The notes: generated by a model from the sequence alone, not told the origin. A stretch of 24,010 bases of DNA from an uncultured Acidimicrobiaceae bacterium (GCA_964444875.1 CAYUJA010000001.1:6743-30752), one strand, 5' to 3'. Counted from the stretch's first letter, positions 1 to 8,379 are shown. Program-made: numbers and translations.

Positions 1-1
1 T

Positions 2-55
2 GCAACCTCGGTACCACCCGGTGCCCCGGAATCAACGGTCGAGATCTACGACTGA
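2..55 (+). CDS. possible 3' end of a CDS entering from the left edge
   Basis: Frame 2 reads ATSVPPGAPESTVEIYD-stop with GC3-rich codons and ends just before a hairpin. Too short to assign. Confidence 0.25.
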   Translation, partial: ATSVPPGAPESTVEIYD

Positions 56-65
56 CGGTCCATGA

Positions 66-90
66 CGGGGCGCACCGAGGGAGCGCCCCG
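66..90. terminator. GC-rich hairpin, possible terminator for the SGNH gene and/or the edge CDS
   Basis: cggggcgc (66-73) / gcgccccg (83-90): perfect 8-bp stem, 9-nt loop, no U-tract. Confidence 0.4.
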
Positions 91-133
91 AGGCGCCCCC
101 CTGCGTGTAGCGATCGAGGCCGCTGCTAGCGGA

Positions 134-1039
134 TCAGCGGATGTTGTTCGACTTCATGACTTTCTTGAACGCTCGTGCGATCTGGCGATATCCCCTATTG
201 TTCGGGTGGATGTCTGGCGATTCTGCCAGTTGCCATTCTCCATCCACGGATTGACACATCAGCGTGAACTCGCACGTGATCTCGACGTTCTTCGGTAGGT
301 CGTGTCCGCGATCGTTGTAGATCTTGAACGCCTTGGCGACATCGGCCACAGGCACGCCCCAGGCGTCATAGGAGTCCTGGAGTACATCGTTGGCAGCGGT
401 CACGAGAGCATTGGATGCCAGCGCAGCGTCCTCGTTGCCTGGTATCAGGTAATACGCAAGGCTCGAGTTGTAGTAGTTCATGGCGACGATGGACGCTTCC
501 GGTGCCGCTGCACGCAAGGCGGGAAGGATCGTTCCCTGCAGGTTGACAGCGATCCCGGTCAGGGCTTCGCCGACGCATTCGTCCGTGAACACCTCACAGC
601 GGAAGAGATCGTTGGCACCCATGGTCAACGTGATCAGGCCGATGGTTCCACCAGCTTCATGGACTTCAGAGATGTAGTCGATCGCGACATCGAGTTGGGC
701 TGCGCCGGTTGCCGGCATCAGTCCGGCGAGTGGCGGTGCCGTTCCGTAACACAACGATCCACCCTCGGGATTGTCGTCACCGTCGATCATCTCGAAGGAA
801 TCGTCAGCCGGGCAGGCGAAGTTGACGAAATCCGTCAGGCGCATTTGCCTCGCAACTTTGTCGTACAGCACGTTGGTGTAACCGTTGTCGGTGAACGGCT
901 CAGGTTGTTGGGTGCCGGCCGCTACGGAATCGCCGAGTGCGACATAGACATTCTGTGATGTTTCTGCTGCTGCCGCCCCGGCGATCGGAATCACCGCCAT
1001 CAGCACGGCTACAGCTGCAATCAAACTCAATCTGCGCAT
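134..1039 (-). CDS. secreted SGNH/GDSL-family hydrolase (lipase/esterase)
   Basis: Block I ALGDSVAAG, block III TMGAND, block V DIHPN. N-terminus MRRLSLIAAVAVLMAVIPIAGAAAA looks like a Sec signal. GAGGGG SD precedes ATG at 1039. Confidence 0.9.
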   Translation of the reverse strand: MRRLSLIAAVAVLMAVIPIAGAAAAETSQNVYVALGDSVAAGTQQPEPFTDNGYTNVLYDKVARQMRLTDFVNFACPADDSFEMIDGDDNPEGGSLCYGTAPPLAGLMPATGAAQLDVAIDYISEVHEAGGTIGLITLTMGANDLFRCEVFTDECVGEALTGIAVNLQGTILPALRAAAPEASIVAMNYYNSSLAYYLIPGNEDAALASNALVTAANDVLQDSYDAWGVPVADVAKAFKIYNDRGHDLPKNVEITCEFTLMCQSVDGEWQLAESPDIHPNNRGYRQIARAFKKVMKSNNIR

Positions 1040-1088
1040 GGGCACCCCTCTTTGGAAAGTCGCTCTTGGTGACTTGCGCCATCCTAGG

Positions 1089-1101
1089 CGTGAAGTTCAC
1101 G
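1089..1101. promoter_or_regulatory. 13-bp palindrome, candidate operator in a divergent intergenic region
   Basis: cgtgaa-g-ttcacg between the divergent SGNH and DUF302 genes. Could be chance. Confidence 0.2.
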
Positions 1102-1192
1102 GTGATGCGAACGCTGAACCGGGTGTGACGAAATCGCTGCCGACTCTCCTGTGCGCGGTAGCCTTCCCCGCACGCAACACCAGGAGGCACTG

Positions 1193-1582
1193 TTGGACTA
1201 CACATTCGAAACCACGCTCGCAGGGACGATCGAGTCCGTCCGTGACACGGTAACTGCAGCACTCGCAGAAGAAGGCTTCGGCATCCTCACAGAGATCGAT
1301 GTCGCCAAGACCTTCAAGGCGAAACTCGATGTGGACCGCGACCCGTACGTGATCCTGGGAGCATGCAACCCACACCTCGCACATGAGGCCCTCGGCGTGG
1401 ACATCAACATCGGGGCTCTGCTCCCGTGCAACGTCATCCTGCGCCAGGACGGTGATCAGGTCGTCGTCGTGTTCATGGATCCCGCTGCCGTGCTCGGCAT
1501 CGTCGGTACCCCAGGCATCGATGTAGCAGCAGGTAAGGTCAAAGCCAAGATGGAAAGGGTTGCCGCCTCTCTAGGGAGCTGA
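1193..1582 (+). CDS. DUF302 domain protein
   Basis: Family-typical GFGILTEIDV...PYVILGACNP...GALLPCNV. GGAGG SD (1183-1187) precedes TTG at 1193. Confidence 0.9.
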   Translation: MDYTFETTLAGTIESVRDTVTAALAEEGFGILTEIDVAKTFKAKLDVDRDPYVILGACNPHLAHEALGVDINIGALLPCNVILRQDGDQVVVVFMDPAAVLGIVGTPGIDVAAGKVKAKMERVAASLGS

Positions 1583-1592
1583 CACAACTCGT

Positions 1593-1620
1593 TTGCAATC
1601 GGTGGCGTTGTCGCGACAAT
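1593..1620 (+). promoter_or_regulatory. candidate sigma70-type promoter overlapped by a perfect 12-bp palindrome
   Basis: TTGCAA (1593-1598)-N16-GACAAT (1615-1620). The palindrome ttgtcgcgacaa (1608-1619) covers the -10. Confidence 0.3.
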
Positions 1621-1643
1621 GGGTACATGGATGACCGGCGACG

Positions 1644-2180
1644 ATGACCACGCTCGAATGGCTCGAGGCCGACGGCGCGTATGTTTGTGACGGGTACCGT
1701 ATCACGCGCTCTTCCGATCACGAATGGATGCTCACGCTCGACGCGTCGCGCATCCGTAGCGTTGTCCGCCGGGGCCGGCACCGCTCTCAAAGGTTCGGGT
1801 CACTCAGATCCGCCCGCGCTGCGGCTCTCCATCTCGAAGTCGTCACGGTGCGACGTATGAAGCGCATCAGACACGTCACCCTTGCGTTCGTGCTTGCGTT
1901 CGTCTCGGTCGCTTCATATCTGACCATGGCTGCGAGCACCCCCGCTCGGCAACTCGAGTGGTTCGTCGTATCGGGCATCGCGCTCGTGTTCGCCTTCAAT
2001 GAAGGACTCGGCGCCCTCGTGCTCACGGTTTCCGATGGGTGGGATCACAAGTACGAGGTACCGCGGGTCACGCTCGTCGACAGGATTGTCGCGGGCCTCG
2101 TGACCAGGACCCTGCTTCCGCGCGCTGATGCTGCAGTGCGGCCACCGCCACCACCTGTACGAGTGATACCACTCGGCTGA
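1644..2180 (+). CDS. hypothetical membrane protein (two predicted TM helices)
   Basis: 178-aa ORF filling the gap between co-oriented genes. Hydrophobic segments VTLAFVLAFVSVASYLTMAA and WFVVSGIALVFAFNEGLGALVLTV follow a basic RRMKRIRH stretch. No family recognised. Confidence 0.7.
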   Translation: MTTLEWLEADGAYVCDGYRITRSSDHEWMLTLDASRIRSVVRRGRHRSQRFGSLRSARAAALHLEVVTVRRMKRIRHVTLAFVLAFVSVASYLTMAASTPARQLEWFVVSGIALVFAFNEGLGALVLTVSDGWDHKYEVPRVTLVDRIVAGLVTRTLLPRADAAVRPPPPPVRVIPLG

Positions 2181-2269
2181 AGTCTGCCATCGTATCGTTC
2201 ACGAAGGTACGGTTCTCGTCGGGTACCGGCGGTAGGTGCCGCAACGACAGGATCGGGGAAGGATCGAAC

Positions 2270-2656
2270 ATGACGGATACAGCGATGGACGAGGTGATTC
2301 GTCTCCACGAGTTCTTCGAGGCCTGGTACGCGGGTGAACCGGGACGATCGATCGCGGAGTTCACAGACGCTTTGGACGATCAGTTCTCGATCGTGTCGCC
2401 AAACGGTACCGTCATGACCAGGGGTGAGATCGCCGATGCGGTCGCCGGAGGATTTCAGACGCATCGCATCGAGATCACCGTTGAGAACTTCGATATCACC
2501 GAAATCGGTTCCACGGTGGTGTGTCGCTACGACGAGGTGCAGACATCGAACGGCTCACAGACCCGCCGAGTGTCGACCGCAGTGTTCGAACGAGATACCG
2601 AAACACCAGGGGGCTTGCGGTGGATCACGGTCCACGAGACCTGGGTTGCGGCTTAG
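2270..2656 (+). CDS. NTF2-like / DUF4440 (SnoaL-like) protein
   Basis: 128 aa with the pattern 'HEFFEAWYAG...FSIVSPNG...WITVHETW' typical of DUF4440-like proteins. GGAAGGA SD upstream. Confidence 0.7.
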   Translation: MTDTAMDEVIRLHEFFEAWYAGEPGRSIAEFTDALDDQFSIVSPNGTVMTRGEIADAVAGGFQTHRIEITVENFDITEIGSTVVCRYDEVQTSNGSQTRRVSTAVFERDTETPGGLRWITVHETWVAA

Positions 2657-4092
2657 GCTGGGACGTTCACACCGTCGAGCAGGTACTCGATGACATGGGC
2701 AGCGGTGTACGTGGTCTGGCCTTCCGGGACGAATCGTGCAACGCCCACCGCGTCATCGCCGGAGGTCACCAGCAGCGGCTCGACCTCACCGTTGCGTTGG
2801 ATCTGAGGCATGCCGACGTTCGCTACCAGTGAATTGCACAGACATTTCCTGCCAACCGTGTCCGCGATGTCTCCGCCCTTCTTGAGATAGTCATCGATCG
2901 GTTCTGAAGGGCATCGCCACCCGATCGTGTGGTCCTCGCGTTCGTACGCGTGGCGGAGGTATCCAAGATCGCAGATGCGGGTTCGCTTCTCGTACACACG
3001 GGGATTCGTGAGCGTGTCTTCGAGTTCCACGACCTTGAACGGGAATCCGGTCGGCGAGGCGATGGCGTCCGTGAACACCTTCGTTGTGCCCGCCTGGGAG
3101 GCGGCGATCACGTCATCTTTGATCTCCCGGCTGAATCCGGATTCTTCGCAATACGCAAACGCTGTACCGACCTGGACACCGACGACCCCCTGGGCGAGCG
3201 CCTCGTTGATCATGTCCGGTTCGGCGTAACCACCGGCCATCCAGAACGGCTTACCAAGCGCGGCGATCGCGTCGAGGTTGGGGACATCGCGCTCACCGTA
3301 GATCGGTTCTCCCGCTTCGTTGAAGTTCCCCCGCGCACGCGGCGGAGCGTTGTGGCCCCCCGCAACGGGAAGTTCGACGACGAACCCGTTGACCTCGCCG
3401 CTCGCTTTCGTTGCGAGCATCTTGGCGAGTACATGGGAAGAGACGATGGCGAGGAAAGCGGGCCTGGGCAGTTTTCCCACCAGATCCTTGGCGAACTGCT
3501 TCGGCGAGAACCTGACGTACGGGTCACCGTCGCTGGTTGCATCCTTGACATCGATCTTCATCTCAACGTCGAGGCCCTCGGCGAGGTCGTCGAGGATCCC
3601 GGGAATCGCCCGCGGGATGCCTGCGCCCATCAGAACGTAGTCCACCCCGGCGAGCATCGCGCCGTACAACGAAGGGATCGTCGGTACCTGGATCTTCTCG
3701 AGCAGGTTGATCCCGACCGGGTTGGCGTGTCCCTCCTTGGCGAGGTACACCTCAACGAAGTTCGAGGCAACCAGGAGTTCCTCCGACTTCTTCGACGTAC
3801 GGTTGCTGATCATGGGTTTGGTCTTGAAGCGTTGACCTATCTTCTTGCCGCCATCGATGAAATAGCGGTCGATGATCCGCTGAGCAACACCGGGGATGGG
3901 AAACGCAGCGAGCGCGCGACGCATGTGCCCACCGGGATCACCCATCTGAAGGCGCCGGGCGACGATCGCATCGATCGCGGTGCCGGAGATCACCCCGAGT
4001 TGGCCGGTCACGGACACGGCGTTGGCGAGTCTCCAGTCCGACACTGCAGCGCCCATACCACCCTGGATGATGAGCGGAAGGTGTGGTTTCAT
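2653..4092 (-). CDS. nitronate monooxygenase-family FMN oxidoreductase (FabK/FabX superfamily) with Cys-rich C-terminus
   Basis: N-terminal IIQGGMG, catalytic-His region AGGHN, FMN-phosphate region GVQVGTAF, SPTGFPFKV. Start trimmed to MKPHLPL at 4092. Confidence 0.85.
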   Translation of the reverse strand: MKPHLPLIIQGGMGAAVSDWRLANAVSVTGQLGVISGTAIDAIVARRLQMGDPGGHMRRALAAFPIPGVAQRIIDRYFIDGGKKIGQRFKTKPMISNRTSKKSEELLVASNFVEVYLAKEGHANPVGINLLEKIQVPTIPSLYGAMLAGVDYVLMGAGIPRAIPGILDDLAEGLDVEMKIDVKDATSDGDPYVRFSPKQFAKDLVGKLPRPAFLAIVSSHVLAKMLATKASGEVNGFVVELPVAGGHNAPPRARGNFNEAGEPIYGERDVPNLDAIAALGKPFWMAGGYAEPDMINEALAQGVVGVQVGTAFAYCEESGFSREIKDDVIAASQAGTTKVFTDAIASPTGFPFKVVELEDTLTNPRVYEKRTRICDLGYLRHAYEREDHTIGWRCPSEPIDDYLKKGGDIADTVGRKCLCNSLVANVGMPQIQRNGEVEPLLVTSGDDAVGVARFVPEGQTTYTAAHVIEYLLDGVNVPA

Positions 4093-4385
4093 ATGTGTAC
4101 CGCGATTCGTGGACTGGAACGATCGATGTAGCGCCGCTCGTGCGACGTCACATCTTCGACCCCGCAACGATAGGCGGTGTTTCGTTGTTCGTCAGGAATC
4201 ATCCGGATATGACGATCGGACGGTCGGGGTCGATTGCGCCTACTGAGGGTCGTTGCGTCGCCCGGAGTCATGTCTGTGACGACACCGTTCACAGCGGTTC
4301 GTATATCTCGGGATGTGTACAGGTCGATGAGTTCCACGCCACGAGTGTACGCATGCACGCGCACTGCTATCCGGTCCGACACCGG

Positions 4386-4391
4386 TACAAT
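4386..4391 (+). promoter_or_regulatory. -10 element for nfuA (near-leaderless)
   Basis: TACAAT 9 nt upstream of ATG 4401. No SD visible. Confidence 0.45.
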
Positions 4392-4400
4392 CTGGCGACG

Positions 4401-5024
4401 ATGAGCAATACCACTACGAAGATCGTTGAAATTTCCGATACTGCACGAGAGAAGATCCTCGCGTTGCGCGACGGCGAAGGACTTGAAGATCTCCACCTCG
4501 GACTCCGGATCACTGGCGTTGGGCCCCAGGGGTTCGTGTACGAGACGGCGTTCCTGCGTGCTGAAGACGTGGGGAGTACGGATCTCGTGGAAGACCACGA
4601 TGGGCTCCCGGTCGCCATCGCCCTCGATTCCGTCGAGACGCTCCGGGGAGCAGTGCTCGACCTCTCAGGCGATGGGACGGGCCCTGGCCTCGTCATGCGC
4701 AACCCGAATGTTCCCAGCCCGACACTCGACAGTGCCGACCTCGGAGATCTCGATCTCACCGGTACGACTGAGGAGAAGGTTCGCATGCTGCTGCGCGAGC
4801 GAATCAATCCCGCGATCGCCTCTCATGGCGGCATCGCGACGCTGATCGGGGTCGAAGGCCCCATCGCGCAACTCGAACTCGGTGGAGGATGCCAGGGATG
4901 TGGCCTTGCTGCGGTGACGCTTCGCCAGGGCATCGAGCGAGCGATTCTCGACGCGATTCCGGAGATCGAAGAGGTCGTCGACGTCACAGACCACGCGATG
5001 GGTACGAACCCGTTCTACGCCTGA
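4401..5024 (+). CDS. nfuA: NfuA-type Fe-S cluster carrier (degenerate A-type N-domain plus NifU C-domain)
   Basis: C-terminal INPAIASHGG...LGGGCQGCG (CxxC)...IPEIEEVVDVTDH..GTNPFY. Cys-less HesB-like N-domain. The 106 upstream codons in the ORF track are judged non-coding. Confidence 0.9.
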   Translation: MSNTTTKIVEISDTAREKILALRDGEGLEDLHLGLRITGVGPQGFVYETAFLRAEDVGSTDLVEDHDGLPVAIALDSVETLRGAVLDLSGDGTGPGLVMRNPNVPSPTLDSADLGDLDLTGTTEEKVRMLLRERINPAIASHGGIATLIGVEGPIAQLELGGGCQGCGLAAVTLRQGIERAILDAIPEIEEVVDVTDHAMGTNPFYA

Positions 5025-7348
5025 GTCGACTGCGCTACAACATCGGCAACGCCCGCGTCGATGCGATTGAGCACGTCGAGTACCTCCTCGAGCGCATCCG
5101 CATAGGCGGCGCGTTCCTGAGGCGTTCCAGACAACAGGCCTAGGCTTTCGGCAGCCTTGATGCCAGACGCGAACAACGTCGTCGATACCGCCTCGGATGT
5201 CTTGATCGCCCCCACAGCCAGCAACTGGTTGCCCATCCGCAAGCTCAGCCCCTTGAGTTCGTCAGACGTCACGGACGCTCCATCCAATACGACGAGTGTC
5301 TCGGCCACGACGTAGTAGGCCTCGAGGAACGGTCGAAGTACGATCGGGCTCTTGGCCGGCCACATCGCCGCGATGTCGATGTTCATGATGCCGGTCGATG
5401 CGTCGGGCACTCCGTACCTGCCGAGTTCGGATCTGACCTGTTGCTCGAACTCATGGGACGCCGCGAAGAAGAACTCGAATTTGAGGAAGTTCCTGAGCCG
5501 GTGCGCGCGTTCGACGATCGCATCCTCGGTGAGCGGCAGGCCCTCGACCATCGACATGCCGATCGCCAGTTCGACGATGCCTGTGGTGACGAAGAAGTGG
5601 ATGATCGTGTTGCGATAGTACGCCGCAGCAAGTCGTTCGTCGGGGCCGATGGAGTAGACATGCTCGGTCAGCCCATCGGTCCGGTGTGCGACGCCACTCG
5701 AGACCAGCGCCTCGAGGGACTGCTCCACCTCCTCACTCGAGGAGAACGGAAGGTCGAAGGTCGTCGGGAGGCCGCGCTCGACGACGAAGTCTGCGAACGG
5801 TTCGAGCACCTTCATCGTGTCGGTGATCGTGAGGCCACGGTTCTCCTGCGACAACAAGGCGAGCGTCACCAGGCTGATCGACGTGATCGGTGTGATGTCG
5901 TTGATGGCGTTGCTGATCTCGAACGCAAGCTTGGGGAGCACGTTCCTTCCCTCGGGCGAGTGCAGATCGACGTCTGTCGAGACGTGGTCGCTCATCATGA
6001 TCGGCTCTCCGAAACGCAGATGGATGCTGCCGTTTTCGCGCTGGAGTCCCATGATGAACTTGATCGCCCAACCGAGAGACTCGCTGTCCTTCGAGCGGCC
6101 CCTCTGCTCGGCAGCGTACGACGAGATGTCCGTGATCTGGTCGTAGTTGATCGAGACCGGCACCAGAGCCACATCCTGAGCTATGCCTCGTTGGTACGAA
6201 TCCGCAACGTACGCAAGCATCCCGAGCTGCGGTGGTCGCAGCTTGCCGCTTCTCGACCGACCGCCCTCTATGAACCATTCGAGGGTGAACCGCTTCTCGA
6301 TCAGGTAGTCCAGGTACTGGCGCAGGACGAACTTGTACGGCTCGTTGTCCTTGAAGGACCTCCGGATGAAGAAGATCCCGGAGCGCCTCAGGAGCGGGCC
6401 GACGAGGAAGAAGTTCATGTTGGTGCCACCTGCTGTGTGGTTGAGCGGCAACATGTTCTCGTACAGCACGTGCTCGAACACGAGATGGTCGAAATTCGAC
6501 TTGTGCGACGGAAGGAAGACGATCGGATGGTCACCCGCGTCGGTGTACACCCTCAGCAGGTCCGGGGTCGAGTACTCGACGCTCTGGTGGGCGGTCGTGA
6601 TCAGCTTCGTCACGATGCCGTTGACGACATCGATCACGTACGGCGAGTGCTGGGCTGCGATCTCTTTCAGGTAGCGTTTCGTCCGCAACTCCATGCGTTT
6701 GACCGGTCGCCCGCTCTCCCTGGCGAGCTTGGCGACCCCGGACTGGAACGGCCTGCTCCAGAACAGATCCTCGCTCAAGAACGCCGGGACCTTGTATCGC
6801 TGGCCCCGGATCTTGCGTTCGGCGCGTTCGAGCGACAACCACGCCTGGATGGCCACGAACTCACCGAGCGACGTTCCGTCTGCAGGCCCCCTGCCTGTGG
6901 GTTCGCTCCACCGCCTCTCCAGGATGCTGCGGCGGGCAGGTTCGCCCACGACGATCCTGCACCGGTCGGGCTGCCGTTCGAGGATGTAGCGTTGCTGGAG
7001 CGAGTTGGGGTCTCGTGGGTCGCCCGGCTTGAGGACATCGACGAGCCGGACCCTGCGGACGCCGTCACGTTCAGGCGCGAGCCATGCGACCCTGATCGGG
7101 ATGCAGAGCGGATCGTCTTCCCTGGCGAGTCTCTCACTCAGCCGCGGGTCAACGGCGGCAAAGGGTCTGCGCCGTCGACTCGGGGGAACTCTGAACCGGT
7201 CGACCGGATCTCGACATGTCTCGCAGATCTCGTCGAGCCAGTCGTTGATCAGTTTCTCTTCGATGCGACTCGACGCGTCGATCAGCGCGACGAAAGGCCC
7301 ATGTTCCTTGGGCCATCGTGCCCCTCGGTGCGCTCCGGGTACCGACAA
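5015..7348 (-). CDS. plsB: glycerol-3-phosphate 1-O-acyltransferase (PlsB, mycobacterial PlsB2-like)
   Basis: HX4D motif SHKSNFD, block II GIFFIRRSF, block III FIEGGRSRSGK, ALVPVSINYDQ; 777 aa. Start codon uncertain. Confidence 0.9.
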   Translation of the reverse strand: MSVPGAHRGARWPKEHGPFVALIDASSRIEEKLINDWLDEICETCRDPVDRFRVPPSRRRRPFAAVDPRLSERLAREDDPLCIPIRVAWLAPERDGVRRVRLVDVLKPGDPRDPNSLQQRYILERQPDRCRIVVGEPARRSILERRWSEPTGRGPADGTSLGEFVAIQAWLSLERAERKIRGQRYKVPAFLSEDLFWSRPFQSGVAKLARESGRPVKRMELRTKRYLKEIAAQHSPYVIDVVNGIVTKLITTAHQSVEYSTPDLLRVYTDAGDHPIVFLPSHKSNFDHLVFEHVLYENMLPLNHTAGGTNMNFFLVGPLLRRSGIFFIRRSFKDNEPYKFVLRQYLDYLIEKRFTLEWFIEGGRSRSGKLRPPQLGMLAYVADSYQRGIAQDVALVPVSINYDQITDISSYAAEQRGRSKDSESLGWAIKFIMGLQRENGSIHLRFGEPIMMSDHVSTDVDLHSPEGRNVLPKLAFEISNAINDITPITSISLVTLALLSQENRGLTITDTMKVLEPFADFVVERGLPTTFDLPFSSSEEVEQSLEALVSSGVAHRTDGLTEHVYSIGPDERLAAAYYRNTIIHFFVTTGIVELAIGMSMVEGLPLTEDAIVERAHRLRNFLKFEFFFAASHEFEQQVRSELGRYGVPDASTGIMNIDIAAMWPAKSPIVLRPFLEAYYVVAETLVVLDGASVTSDELKGLSLRMGNQLLAVGAIKTSEAVSTTLFASGIKAAESLGLLSGTPQERAAYADALEEVLDVLNRIDAGVADVVAQSTQA

Positions 7349-7354
7349 GGCCGG

Positions 7355-7681
7355 TTACGCCTCGTCGTCACTCGACTTGACGACTCCGGAAATCGTGTCG
7401 GTTGCCTTCGAGAAAGCTACAGATGCTGTTCCGACAACCTTCTCGGTTGCGCCAGACGCGACGCTCGTCGCGGAGCGTGCAGCGCCCGTCGCCATGTCTG
7501 CAGCGGATCCAGCCACGCTCGCGGACATTTCTCCGGCCCCTCCTAGGTATTCAGAGACCGTCTCGACGAGGTCTTCCGGTAAGAGGTCTTTCATGAAATC
7601 CGTGACGATCGTCACGACTTCGATGACCTTGTCCTTGGACAGGCCCGTCTTCTCCTGGACCTGTGAGATCAGATCGTCCAT
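7355..7681 (-). CDS. small protein: helical N-domain (possibly DUF2267-like) plus Ala/Ser/Thr-rich 11-mer repeat tail
   Basis: AGGAG SD 4 nt before ATG 7681 and a TATGAT -10 upstream. 108 aa. Stop lies 6 nt before the plsB start. Confidence 0.8.
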   Translation of the reverse strand: MDDLISQVQEKTGLSKDKVIEVVTIVTDFMKDLLPEDLVETVSEYLGGAGEMSASVAGSAADMATGAARSATSVASGATEKVVGTASVAFSKATDTISGVVKSSDDEA

Positions 7682-7708
7682 GGTACTCCTCGCATTGCTG
7701 ACGATTCC

Positions 7709-7714
7709 ATCATA
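7709..7714 (-). promoter_or_regulatory. -10 element for the small-protein/plsB unit
   Basis: Minus-strand GGTATGAT about 28 nt upstream of ATG 7681. Confidence 0.45.
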
Positions 7715-7730
7715 CCGACCACGTTCACAC

Positions 7731-8087
7731 TCAGCCCCAGCCAATTTCCGTGAGGCGTGCGTCGGTGATCCCGAGATGATGGCCGATCTCGTGGAGCACG
7801 GTCGTACGGATCTCGTCATGCAACGCCGCGTCCTCAAGATCGAGTTGCATATGCGGCTCGTAGAAGATGATGACGCGGTCCGGGGTGACGCCGAAGTAGT
7901 CCACGCCCCTTTCCGATAGCGGGATCCCCTCGTAGATGCCCAGGAGTCCGTGTCCCGATGTCTCGTGCTGGTGGCCGGGCCGCACCGCCACTTCGATCGT
8001 GACGTTGTCGAACAGAGACGTGATGCTGGCAGGCAGCGACTCGACCACCTCATCTACAACTTGCTCGAACTCCCGGATGTCCATCAC
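7731..8087 (-). CDS. zincin-like metallopeptidase family protein (Zincin_1/DUF1025)
   Basis: LLGIYEGIPLSER...PDRVIIFYEP...TTVLHEIGHHLGI (HExxH). Start GTG 8087, 7 nt after TACCAT, or ATG 8084. Confidence 0.9.
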   Translation of the reverse strand: MMDIREFEQVVDEVVESLPASITSLFDNVTIEVAVRPGHQHETSGHGLLGIYEGIPLSERGVDYFGVTPDRVIIFYEPHMQLDLEDAALHDEIRTTVLHEIGHHLGITDARLTEIGWG

Positions 8088-8149
8088 ACACGTCATGGTA
8101 TCGCTGCGACGGCGCCGCCAGACGAGGCGGTTCACGCCCTCGTACATCG

Positions 8150-8155
8150 TATACT
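8150..8155 (+). promoter_or_regulatory. -10 element for tRNA-Val
   Basis: TATACT 13 nt upstream of the mature tRNA 5' end. Confidence 0.5.
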
Positions 8156-8168
8156 CGCGGCACATCCC

Positions 8169-8243
8169 GGGCGATTAGCTCAGCGGGAGAGCGCTGCCTT
8201 CACACGGCAGAAGTCACTGGTTCGATCCCAGTATCGCCCACCA
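8169..8243 (+). tRNA. tRNA-Val(CAC)
   Basis: Acceptor stem GGGCGAT/ATCGCCC, D-arm AGCTCAGCGGGAGAGC, anticodon arm CTGCC-TT-CAC-AC-GGCAG (CAC at 8201-8203), T-arm CTGG-TTCGATC-CCAG, discriminator A and encoded CCA; 75 nt. Confidence 0.97.
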
Positions 8244-8266
8244 CCCGAAGTCCTCGTACCCGGCCA

Positions 8267-8379
8267 TTCTGTGGGCTGGCGGCGCCATATGGGACGCCGC
8301 GAACCCTGGGTTCAGGGCGTCACTGTTCTGTGGGCTGGCGGCGCCATATGGGACGCCGCGAACCCTGGGTTCACGGCGT
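8267..8379. repeat. direct tandem duplication, two 54-bp copies, 59-bp period, internally palindromic (REP-like)
   Basis: ttctgtgggctggcggcgccatatgggacgccgcgaaccctgggttca(g/c)ggcgt at 8267-8320 and 8326-8379; one mismatch. Confidence 0.95.

Noticed and set aside
2929-4131. 400-aa plus-strand ORF
   Set aside because: Antisense shadow of the NMO-family gene, with no motifs. Such ORFs are typical of GC-rich DNA.
4274-4294. CRP/GlxR site (ctgtga-N9-tcacag)
   Set aside because: Half-site spacing is 9 nt, not the required 6. It might bind another factor, but there is no support.
4083-4400. 106-aa N-terminal extension on NfuA
   Set aside because: Non-protein-like composition, overlaps the divergent gene start, and a TACAAT -10 sits just before ATG 4401.
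5441-7546. 701-aa plus-strand ORF
   Set aside because: Antisense shadow of plsB, Arg-rich with no recognisable domain.
7005-8053. 304-aa and 232-aa minus-strand ORFs as single genes
   Set aside because: They overlap plsB and the zincin in other frames. Only 7355-7681 has an SD, a promoter and protein-like composition.
8267-8379. CRISPR array
   Set aside because: Only two 54-bp units separated by 5 nt, with no unique spacers and no cas genes. It is a tandem duplication.
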